A stretch of 39,925 bases of DNA, filler included, from Vezdaea acicularis (taxonomy: Eukaryota): NCBI GenBank assembly GCA_026025075.1. It is 10 parts of 10 records of this genome, joined end to end, with 100 filler letters (N's around TTAATTAATTAA, not from the genome) between each part and the next. Parts side by side here need not be neighbours in the genome. Positions count along the whole stretch, not along the records: positions 10,070 to 14,592 come from JAPEUI010000303.1; positions 14,693 to 19,147 come from JAPEUI010000304.1; positions 19,248 to 23,581 come from JAPEUI010000305.1; 7 more parts are not named here. One strand, 5' to 3'. This document shows, piece after piece, positions 11,057-21,111 of this stretch; the first letter of the stretch is position 1, and each line of letters starts with the position of its first letter. Below the pieces are notes generated by a model. It saw nothing but the letters and a program-made list of their open reading frames with translations, was not told the DNA's origin and did no database searches. A program made the position numbers and the translations under genes.

Positions 11057-12399
11057 GTTGCATAGCTCTCACACTGATAAGCAACCCTGAAGCCGATTGC
11101 GGGGAAAGCTTCAAATTCCAGGTCCACTGCCAGCGTATGTCGTACGTCCTGGTAGATGTCAAGCAGTTGGGGCCGGTTCTGGGAATTAGCGCGTTTCGGA
11201 GTACAGTCTTCGGAGCGCTCTGTGCGAACGACGAACGGCCGCTCTAGATGCACCGTAAAAAGTCGATAGCCCATCCCTGCGGCAAGGCGCAGGGCTTTTA
11301 AGCTAAACGCCCGGAATCAAAAGTCAATTCCTAGAAGCCTTGGCCGAAGGTGCTAATGACGTTTTCTTCGCCTTGATATATCTCATGACCCATGGCCGTA
11401 TATGTGGGTTGGATGGCAAGACGATCCCTCCCTATCTCTCATGCATCTGAAGAATATTATCTTTGGGTAGGAAACCAAAAGGATTCTCGCTCTGGCGTTG
11501 GATATTGTGGTCGCGAGGCAAGATCAGCAAGACAGCACGTCAGAACGTGCTGCCCATACATATGCGGGTAATTGCAGCAATAAAATGGCTCTTCAAAAAA
11601 TCGCAGGCGTGAAAAAAATTCGCCTCGAACATTTCGGTCCTAGGAAACCTCATGCGGAAGCTTCTAGGATTGATTCCCCTGACGACTAATCAGGATGTAC
11701 CACAAGAGCAGGCCGACTATGCAGGCTTTCGAGGCAGTCTGGGCAGGCGTCACAGTCCTAAGTACGGTGAAAGAGAGAAGACTCAAGCACCAATTGTCAA
11801 GGGCAACGACAAGATCTCTTACAGGAGCTCCTCTTATGAGATCTTGGGGAAAACCTCCGCTTTCAGAGTTGCTCCTGTTGGCAGTCCACGAACTGCAAGA
11901 TTTATCGCTGATAGCTTTTGCTACCTATCAGGGATACAAACATGAAGAATGTTATTCCAGAGCCGGTTCTACGCCTTGAAACTTCTTCAAGGCCATTATC
12001 ATCTCCTTAGCTAGTCACAATTCCGGCTGCTGAACATATGTTCAGAACCCCAAATACAAAGCCCTTTGTCGAGCGGGATTCCCCAATTGATTGTTAGAGC
12101 CTTTCTATTCGGCACTTTCTGCCTTAGCTTCATTTACTCTGTCGAGTTGGTATCCTCTCATATTCTTGGTCTGAAATCAAATTTCATCCCTAGTACGTAG
12201 TCTACAGAGATGCAACATCACCTCATTTCAGATATAGTCGTTATGAGGACTCCACGTCCAAAGATGCCCACCTCACACTCTTCGACTCGTCTTCTTGGCT
12301 TCAGGAAGTCCCCTAATCCACTCGCGCTCACGTCTTCCCTCCTATTGAGCTGTTCCCTACGATCACCCTCTCCACCGAATCGATCCACCAGAGGTGAGA

Positions 12400-13050
12400 C
12401 CGCGCCTCCAACACCTCAAACCTTCCCACCAGCAATGCATCCCGCACAAAAACACACCGGCTCGACTCAAATGGTTTAGAAATACTTATACATCGCTCCC
12501 ATCGCCCATATCCCTCGTCGGGGGGTTTTCCTGCAGCGCCAGCTCTTTGCATTACCCCCTCGCCCACAGTTCCCGAACAACGGGGTAGGCATACCGCTAT
12601 TCCGCTTCCGCCACTCCTCTTATCCTTCCTCCCTTCCGGATTGAAAGGAAGTTGTATCACGCCAGGTTCTGCATCGCGAGATACCTTTCCGCTGCAAAGT
12701 ATACCGCAAATAGTGCCATCCCCTGTTTTCGAACGGTGAGGTCGTGGGTGTGGTAGATGCTTCGTTGGTAATAGCTGTAGAGAGGCGAGGTCTCGGTTGG
12801 TCTGTAGTATTGGTGGTGGGAGTTGGGCGGGTGTGGGGTGAGGTTGAGGGTGGCGGTATACCCTTGGGCAAGATATTGAAGATGTGAAGGAGGTCGCTAG
12901 TTGAGCTGGGAGGAATTGAGATGGTCAGATATGCGCCGTGGCTTAGGTGGTGCTGCTGGTGGTATAGTTTTTCGGTGACTTGCCCAGGAGAAGGCGGGGT
13001 GGACGAAGTCTTGCTCTCTTTTCCGGCCACGGGAGGTTGGGAAAAGGATA
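12400..13050 (-). pseudogene. Probable degenerate BTB/POZ-domain gene
   Basis: Collinear fragments across shifting frames are VAGKESKT / FVHPA / LLLGKSPK / TISIP / ATSF / HLQYLAQGY / LFAVYFAAERYLAMQNLA* / AYPVVRELW. They follow the fungal BTB pattern V.VG....F.VH..LL...SP...I.LP...F...YL..G.Y...LY..AEKY....LQNLA. Boundaries are approximate. Confidence 0.45.
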
Positions 13051-13245
13051 GATTTGTCGCAATATCCCGCCCATAATTTCCTCGAGAAGCTTCTTCACAA
13101 GCCCGTCCGTGTCTTCTCCTAGCTATTATCGTTCTCGCGTCCTGCTCCTCGCGTGCCCTCTCTCCTCTCTCCTCGATCTGCAGGCCACAACCCAGGTACC
13201 AGAGCGGCTTTCCCTAGCTCCCTACCACCCAAGCACAATACCCCC

Positions 13246-13900
13246 CTACCCAACTCTAGTTTTAAGCTGCACCCCATGCCACCCCCTCACCTCCTCCTTT
13301 AGCACTTGATTAACGAGTCTATGCTGCGCCACCAACCCTAACCCCTTGAAGCGTTGGGAGGCAATGTCGATCGCGTACATGGTCCCGCAGCCACCGCTTA
13401 TATCTTTGACCTGTACATCCCGCCAAAAATGTGGGGGTTAGCTAGTTTTCTTTCTTGCTTTCACCAGGGGAGAGAAGGGAGGGAGGGAGGGAGGGAGGGA
13501 GGGAATAACTAACCTCCAGCTCTGTAGGCGTGAGCTCGGTGGCGAGTTTATCCCATACCGCTTCTTCTTTTGCGTCGAGGTACTCCGGCCGTTCAAGCTC
13601 TTTCCCCGCCTCCTCCTCCAGTTTTGGAACAGTACTATACCACCGCCCACCCATCCCTCGCAGCGTCTCTATCCCATCCCAGCACTTTCTCCGTCTTGTT
13701 ATCTCCGGCCCTCGCGCAGGGATGCAGGGAGGAGGAAGGAGGCGTGTAATTCTCCTACCAGTAGTGAATTGTGCAGTCTGTTTCGAGAAGAGGAGAGGTG
13801 CTGGGACGAGTATGTGTATACCTGGAAGAAGCGCGCTTGGGAGGTGGACGGGGTGGCGCGTGGGTATTGCCAGGAAGGGGCGTAGGAGTGGGTGTGGCAT
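13246..13900 (-). CDS. BOL3: Mitochondrial BolA-family protein (Bol3/Aim1, BOLA3-like)
   Basis: Exons 13900-13514 and 13410-13246, intron 13411-13513 (GTTAGT...GCTAAC...CAG). The spliced product contains PEYLDAKEEAVWDKLATELTPTELE|VKDISGGCGTMYAIDIASQRFKGLGLVAQHRLVNQVLKEEVRGWHGVQLKTRVG*. The N-terminus is Arg-rich and acid-poor, like a mitochondrial presequence. Confidence 0.92.
13476..13504. repeat. (GGGA)n microsatellite inside the BOL3 intron
   Basis: About seven consecutive GGGA units. Confidence 0.9.
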
Positions 13901-13990
13901 ATCGTTCCACGCCCGCGACAGATCCCGTTCGTAGCGGGCTGGACTGGACACCGCAGATGGCGCGTGAGGGACGCAGTAGTTATCCCAGAA

Positions 13991-14085
13991 CTGGTACAAG
14001 CTGGTACGCGCTGGGACAAGCTGGTATAAGCTGGTACAAGCTGGTACGAGCTGATACGAGCTGGGACGAGCTGGTCTAAGCTGGG
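13991..14085. repeat. Minisatellite, about 9.5 x 10 bp (CTGGTACRAG)
   Basis: ctggtacaag ctggtacgcg ctgggacaag ctggtataag ctggtacaag ctggtacgag ctgatacgag ctgggacgag ctggtctaag ctggg. Confidence 0.93.
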
Positions 14086-14692
14086 TTTGCGGCGGCAATG
14101 GGCAGCGTGTAACTTCCACGTCTTTTTCTTGAAGCTCGGTAATTCAATCGGTGAAGAATGTGCTTTGACGTAGCGCGTTCTCTCGGTTCAGCGTCAAAGG
14201 ATGGTGTGCGCGGACGGAGCTCGCTACGGTGGGGTGTTCGTCTGTTCGTGCAGGGCTGGGGGGGATGATTGAGTTGGACCAGGAAATGGGGATTTACGGG
14301 GGAGGAGGGTGTGAGGAGGATGGTGACGAGAAAGGGGGAAGGATAGAACAAGGGGAGAAGTGCTTATTATTTGTTCTCGCGTCAAAGTCTCACAAAACAC
14401 ATTTCACAAAGTCAATCGCGCACAGCAGGAGTGAGTGAGAGAGTGGTCTAACATCCATTCGATTCAATTCCATTCTCTCATTCGCATATCCCATGATCAT
14501 CACGCTCCAATTGCGTCAGCATAATCATGACAAGAAAAAGAGCAGAGAAAAAAAGAAAATCAATCCAGAAGAACTGCCCCTCCCTTCCCCGGNNNNNNNN
14601 NNNNNNNNNNNNNNNNNNNNNNNNNNNNNNNNNNNNTTAATTAATTAANNNNNNNNNNNNNNNNNNNNNNNNNNNNNNNNNNNNNNNNNNNN

Positions 14693-14762
14693 TAAGAGAC
14701 AGGTGTGCCAACGACGCCGCCATGGCGAACGTCCGCGCCGACAAGCTGCGCGAAGTCAAAGC

Positions 14763-14794
<32 letters not shown>

Positions 14795-15445
14795 CCCTCG
14801 CCGCCATCGCGACCGACGTCTTCAACGCACACATGCCGACGCCCAATCAGCTCTTTGTGCGCCGCGAGGACGTCCACGTCACCGCCAACGACCTGCTGAA
14901 CATGAACGTGCCCGGCACTGTCACCGAAGCTGGCATCCGCGCCAACCTCCGCATCGGCCTCGGATACATGGAGGGCTGGCTCCGCGGCGTCGGCTGCGTC
15001 CCCATCAACTACCTCATGGAGGACGCGGCCACGGCCGAGGTCTCGCGCAGTCAGCTGTGGCAGTGGTGTCGCCATCACACCGTCACCGCCGAGGGAAAGA
15101 CCGTCGATAAGGCCTATGCGCTGAAGTTGCTCGCGGAGCAGGCGGAGCAGCTCGAGAAGGCTGCGCCGAAGGGGAATCGCTTTCAGCTCGCGGCAAAGTA
15201 TTTCAGGGGGCAGGTCACGGGCGAAGATTATGCGGACTTCTTGACTTCGTGAGTGAAAACTTTCCTTGGCTTTTTCAAACCGTCAAATCTCCACCCCTTT
15301 TTCCCGAACCCCCTTTTCCTCCTCCTTTTTAATTTCGGTGTCTCTGTGGACGTCACGTGGGTTGGGATGGTCTGGGCTAATCAATTTATGTCGTAGCTTG
15401 CTCTATAACGAGATTACGTCCGTCGGCCCCGCGTCGAAGCTTTGA
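14693..15445 (+). CDS. MLS1: Malate synthase (glyoxysomal), 3' part
   Basis: Motifs [21 protein letters not shown] and [25 protein letters not shown]. Intron 15249-15396 (GTGAGT...GCTAAT...TAG) leads to the last exon [15 protein letters not shown], which carries the PTS1 signal SKL. Confidence 0.96.
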
Positions 15446-16119
15446 GGAGACGAGGGATCGGGGGGAGGGGGAGGGGGGATTCCAAATTGTCTATTCCGTC
15501 GCAGGCGCGAGACACGGGCAAGGAAAGGATTCCCGGGGCAAAAAGGGGCCAGAGAGACGGGGAAAAAAGAGAGATCGAACAGACGAGAGTACGAAACACA
15601 TGTATCCATAGCGCGCAATTCCATCATATCTGCAACCTCGCCGCCCGCTGTAGACGGCCCAACGTGATGCTAGCCTAACATATCATGTGCTTGTAAAACG
15701 CGTAGACGAAGCCATATACCCCTGTTTTGGGGGGGGGGGGGTGGAGAGGAGGTGGTGAAGGAGTGGTTTGCACTATCACATTCAAATCATTTTAATTCAA
15801 GCGCAACTCTAAGGCTTCAAGAGCGCTACTCGACATGTTTTCCTCCCCTGTGGAATTCAGCGAGTAACATAGCCTCCCCCCCCATTACTAACGGCAGAGC
15901 TTGCGCACAGAGTCGAAAGAACTCGAGAGTATCTGGCGACCCATCTCCGGGCGTGCAAATCATCAACGCTCCCATTCCCCCCTCCCGAAACGGGGTCAAA
16001 GCCAGATCAAACCTTCGCGACTTCCTGACGGCACCGCTTTTCTTGATTGATGGAAAAACTAATTAAGAGCCCAGATTCAAGGATCTCGAGCCCCGCGTCA
16101 GGATCCTTTCAGGGCGCGG

Positions 16120-16212
16120 CGAGGAGGGGCGCGATGGGATCGCATACCAGGGACGCGATGAAGTCATACGACGTCACTGCCTGCGCACGACCGTAGGATG
16201 GGAGTATATATC
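16120..16212 (+). promoter_or_regulatory. Putative promoter: STRE-like AGGGG, CRE-like GACGTCA and TATA box
   Basis: AGGGG at 16125-16129, GACGTCA at 16170-16176 and TATATA at 16205-16210, about 180 nt upstream of ATG 16386. Short motifs like these can arise by chance. Confidence 0.35.
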
Positions 16213-16385
16213 TACGATCTTCACCGGAGCCTCTCGTACAATATTCTCCTACTTCAAACATAATCGCCAATCAATCCTTGGCCAATTCTCCCAAAGACTC
16301 CAATTCCAACCACACCAGCAACACCACCAGCAACCACCACAACCACCCTACCTCCCCTCCTCCAATAACAAACGTCAACAGAACC

Positions 16386-16859
16386 ATGTCCGCCAACCCC
16401 GACTCCCTCGTCAACCAACCCGGACAAGTCGGCTCCCACATCGCCCCGTCCAAGCCTCTAACCACCAAAGGGCACGCGCCCGGCGTGAAAGCCTCTCCCG
16501 CGGACCACGCACCCGAGTTCCACGCTCAAACCCTCCCCGCCGGTACCGCACCGCCCGAGCGCACTTTCGCTCCAAACCCCACTGAGGAGGTGCCAGCACA
16601 AACAGCAAACCCAGATGTAGATCCCGAAGGCGTGACGAGCGCAGCGGATACGCTCGGGGGGGCGAGCAGTAAGGATGTGGCTCGCACGGAGGGATTTTCG
16701 GTAGGTGGGGGACGGCATGAGAAGAAGGCTAAGGAGGGACAGGGCTTAAGTGCGCGGGGGGCGAGGATGGAGAAGGATCCGGAGCGGGAGGTGGAAAGGG
16801 AGAGGAGGACGAAGGGGGGGATGTATGAGGCAGAGGGGGGGGTTAGTGGGTTTAAGTGA
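16386..16859 (+). CDS. Small hydrophilic, probably disordered fungal protein (157 aa)
   Basis: ATG in good context (ACCATG), intronless. Contains HIAPSKPLTTKGHAPGVKASPADHAPEFHAQTLPAGTAP and SAADTLGGASSKDV, which I recall from conserved hypothetical proteins of filamentous ascomycetes. It has no Cys or Trp. Confidence 0.75.
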   Translation: MSANPDSLVNQPGQVGSHIAPSKPLTTKGHAPGVKASPADHAPEFHAQTLPAGTAPPERTFAPNPTEEVPAQTANPDVDPEGVTSAADTLGGASSKDVARTEGFSVGGGRHEKKAKEGQGLSARGARMEKDPEREVERERRTKGGMYEAEGGVSGFK

Positions 16860-16923
16860 TTGTGAGGAGGTGGTGTGGCTCGTGGGGAAAGAGGGGAAAC
16901 TGAGTAAATGTGACTTTATCTAT

Positions 16924-19147
16924 TTATTCTACATTCGTGGCGTTCTCTTGGATGCTACTGCTACTACTCTTTCCCTGCGCGAGGAACCGCCGCATAAACC
17001 CCTCTTCCCGATCCGTCCCGCCGTCTGCAGCGTGCGTCCCATCGAATAACCCCTTCTTCCTCATCGGGCGCATCCGCACCGCAAATACGCACCTGTAATA
17101 CAATCTTTCCAAACACTCCTTCGCCTCCGTCCTATGCATGTAACTCGCGCCCGTGTCGACAATGGTGGAGAAGACGCGTTTGATCTGTGCGGCGAGGAGA
17201 TCGATCTGGTTGTTGAACTCCAGTTCGGCGGGAGAGGGTTTGGGAGTTGTGGCAGGAGGGGCGTAGCCGTCGGCGAGGACGATGTCGAGGAGGGTGCTGG
17301 CGGCTGTGAGGATGGGGTAGGAGGTTTGTGGGGTGATGCTGAAGAGGGGACTGGTGTCGAGGTAGCTGGTTAGGGTTGTGAGAAGCGAAGAGGAGCTCGT
17401 GGGTAGTTGGGGGCTGTGTGGGTTCGGGGAGGAGTCTGGCTGGACGAGGTTGGTGAGGAAGGCGAAGGCGAGGGCGCGGCGGAAGGTGTGGAGACGAGGT
17501 GGATGGGCTGGGAGGCGGGATGCGAGGTCGAGGCGGTGTCGGGGGTCAAGAATCGTGGCTGTGAGGTTGTCGATGATGACCTTTTCTCTCTCTTGCCAGT
17601 CGGATGCGGGCGGTGAGGTGATGAGGGCGGAGAGGGCGTCTTCGACGGCGACTATGACAGAATAGGACTTGCTAGTGTCGGAGGCGATGAGAAGACGGCA
17701 AAGGAGTTCTATGGCGTATTCCCTAGAGACATGCTGTAACCTAGTCGACTATCAGCGTGGCTTACTGAGCGGCAATTTCACCCTTACTCAGGCGCCAGGT
17801 CTCCTAGCAGATTAATGACAGCGCAAAGATTGCCCCATTCTCGTTCTGGCGGTCCTGGAAAAGGGTCAGCGAATACAAGTCGGAGGACTATTGGGCACTT
17901 ACTCTTGTGCTGCAACTTTGACGGGTGTAGCTTCACAATGGCTGTCGATTCGATTGCATCTTTCCTTGCGTTCAGTCTCGCGAACAGTTGTGCGATTACG
18001 GGGGGCGTGAGATAGTCTTTGACAGGACCAGGACGCTCCTGCACGAGATTTAGCAGCCTGCAAGACGTTCTAGCCGGTCTGAAAAGGTACCACTAGAGTC
18101 ATGTACAACTCATCGCGCAGGACGGGCCGGTCTTCGACGCAGACTGTGTCAAGTTCAGCGGCATCCCACTACTAAAACAGGGGTCTCCTTTACGTTCGTC
18201 GAGCATCCATATCACGAGCTCGTATGGGAGTTCTTCACGCAGCGACAGTGCATGAATCTCATATCCAGACTGGATAGCGTTGCTCCTCTTTCTGGGATCT
18301 TGAAAAGACATGAGCACTAAAGGGGCAACGGTGTCTTGTAGGGTACGAACCAACAAACACGCCTTGCCATGTATCCCGAGAGACTGCATTTTCCGGAAAA
18401 GGTAGACGACTTATCGGAGTCTGATTCTCCTCGGAAAAGAAATTCCATGCTTTCTCTCTGCTCAAAGCTTCGGTCCTTTTCATTGCGTGAAGCACTTTTT
18501 GCACTCCTCCCTCTCTTTCTGGGTCGCCCGCAACAGATGCCAGTAAGCCTTCATCTACCTCAGCTTCCTCAGGTGCAATCACGGATTTTGAAGCATCCTC
18601 CATTTTCACATCTTCGCTCTTCCGCTGGCCTAGAGCAGCCCTCGCCCTGGCAACTTTTTCTTCCGATGCTTGGCCCTTTCTCGACTCTGCGACCAAGGTC
18701 TGCAAGGAAAACTTGTAGCTCTTAGTCGGAGGGATCTCATATCCTTTTCTCTTCTGAGGACGGGTTTCATTGCGTGTTCCCGCCGACGCCGGATTCGTAG
18801 GATATCGATTTAGTATCTCCCTTGCTGCCCGCTCCTCTTCACGCTTCTTTATTTTCCCTTGATGCTGGGCCAAAAGGACATTGAGATCTTCTAATGAAGA
18901 GTCGGAATCGCCATCCGTTTCTTCTGTGTCCGAACTCTTCACCACCGTCTTTCCCTTGATCGTCACTCGCTGGGAGCTCGATGAGACATGTTCCGACGGT
19001 AGTCCTGCGGCGTCTAAGCTTTCCGGCCTGCCGTCTTTCGACCCATTCTCGCTTCTTGTGATGGCATGGCCCTCTGGAGGAGACGAGTGTATACTTGCTG
19101 TTCCGCTTCTGCCTCCCGCTCTAACACCGGCCGGCTCAGCCACGTCC
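16924..19147 (-). CDS. Probable CANIN-domain (Nse6/SLF2/FAM178-like, Smc5/6-associated) protein; 5' end off the contig; about 5 introns
   Basis: Spliced blocks are YKFSLQTLV...MKRTEAL..EKAWNFF; ELPYELVIWMLDE; EWGNLCAVINLL; and a long last exon missed by the ORF track (EYAIELLCRLL...FRRALAFAF...FNNQIDLLAAQIKRVFSTIVDTGASYMHRTEAKECLERLYYRCVFAVRMRP...*16924). Introns include 18039-18090 and 17855-17902. The gene itself is well supported; the family name is from recollection. Confidence 0.65.
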
Positions 19148-19247
19148 NNNNNNNNNNNNNNNNNNNNNNNNNNNNNNNNNNNNNNNNNNNNTTAATTAAT
19201 TAANNNNNNNNNNNNNNNNNNNNNNNNNNNNNNNNNNNNNNNNNNNN

Positions 19248-20791
19248 CTTTGGAACGGCTCGCGGAAGCCGACGATCATGAAGTAGTCCGTGTTGTGCAG
19301 GAATGTTTTGCGGATTACTTAGTCATCAATCCAGACCTTTGTACATTCAACGTCAGTTTTCCAAAGCAAAGAATATGGAGCCATAGTCCCGATCTATGGA
19401 ATACTGACGCCCTTGAACGTACCACGAGTGGCATCATTGCTCTCCTCCTTTCCCTAAAGAAACGGCCTTTAATCAGATATGAAAAGAACAGTCTCCTTTG
19501 CAAGAAGCTAGCAACAGAAGTTAGATACCAAATGACGCAAGAAGATCAACTATTTGATTTTAGAAAGACTGATACGCCACCAATACTTCTCTTAGTAGAC
19601 CGGAGAGATGACCCTATCACTCCATTGCTAACCCAGTGGACATACCAAGCAATGGTTCACGAGCTTTTAGGGATTCAAAATGGGCGAGTTGACTTGAGCG
19701 ATGTGCCTGACGTTAGACCGGAGCTTAAGGTAAGAGAGGTCAAGCGGATATACCTAGCTACCTTGACAATCGCTTACTCCCTGGCTAGGAAATCGTTCTT
19801 TCTCAAGATCAAGACCCTTTTTTCAAAAAGAACATGTACCTCAATTTTGGAGACCTCGGTGGTAATATTAAGGACTACGTCGAGCAGTATCAAACAAAAA
19901 CAAAAAGCACTGCAAACATTGATTCAATCGAGGAGATGAAGCGATTCGTCGAAGACTACCCAGAATTCAGGAAGTTATCCGGCAACGTCAGTAAGCACGT
20001 CACCCTGATAGGCGAGTTGAGCAGACGAGTAGGAGATGACATGTTGCTCGAGGTGAGCGAGCTGGAGCAGAGCCTGGCTTGCAACGACAGCCATAATAAT
20101 GACTTGAAGGTATGGTCTAGCCAAGTTAACTGTGATCACGCGCTTACTCCACGTGTCAAAGACCCTACAAAGAATGATCCAATCAAATGTACCAGCCAAC
20201 AACAAACTTCGGTTGGTGGCTTTGTACGCGTTACGTTATGAACGACACCCTTCATATGCTCTTCCCATGCTATTAGATCTTCTATCCGCGGTTGGAAATG
20301 TTTCTCGGCACCGTATTGCACTTATAGAGAAACTTCTCACCTTTCATCATTCTCTCCAAGTCAACGCTGCTACAGGCGGACTTACAGATCTTTTTGATAA
20401 CACTTCAATCTTTTCTGGTGCCCGAGATCGTTTCAAGGGCCTCAAAGGGGTTGAAAACGTCTATACCCAGCATTCTCCGCGTTTAGAAACCACGCTGCAG
20501 AGTCTGATTAAGGGCAAGCTACAAGAGAAATTGTTCCCCTTCGTGGAAGGGACAACAAGGGATAAGCCCCAAGACATCATTGTCTTTATCGTAGGCGGAG
20601 CAACTTATGAGGAGGCTAAAATGGTAGCTCAGGTTAATGCAAGTTCGCCTGGCGTTCGGGTAGTATTGGGGGGAACGAGCATTCATAACAGCACAACATT
20701 CATGGAGGAGGTGGAAGATGCGGTGGGTAGCTGGCCGGAGCCGCCAGCTGCAACAGCGGCAGCGAGGCTCAGAAGGGAGGCGGGGCGTTGA
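19248..20791 (+). CDS. VPS45: Vacuolar protein sorting protein 45 (Sec1/Munc18 family), 5'-truncated
   Basis: Motifs LERLAEADDHEVV, DRRDDPITPLLTQWTYQAMVHELLGI, LSGNVSKHVTL, KGVENVYTQHSP and IVGGATYEEA. Introns 19730-19788 and 20110-20161 (the second with an AAG acceptor). Confidence 0.96.
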
Positions 20792-21111
20792 CATCACTTA
20801 GCTTAAGATTTGTTGCACTAGCATGGTAGTTGGACGAGGCATGTTATTTTTGCGAGGCGTTATAGCTCCGACTGTAGTATCCGTCTGGAAAAGCGGTGCA
20901 TTTCTTTCAAAAGCTTGCGTATGCAGTTGACGGAGCACAATTAGGCCTTGCTTTGAGATCACGTGGGATGGACTTTTTGGGTTGTAAACGACATCTAACC
21001 GTGGTATGGCCACAGTAATTGGGCGATGTCATGCATGAAACCGAAGCGAAATCTAGCGGCCTTTAAATTTTATCTATTCGGCCTCTTGAATCTAAAGCCT
21101 AGGACAACGAA

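Noticed and set aside
17134..17665. Gly/Glu/Arg-rich plus-strand ORFs
   Set aside because: They are antisense shadows of the C-rich last exon of the minus-strand CANIN-like gene.
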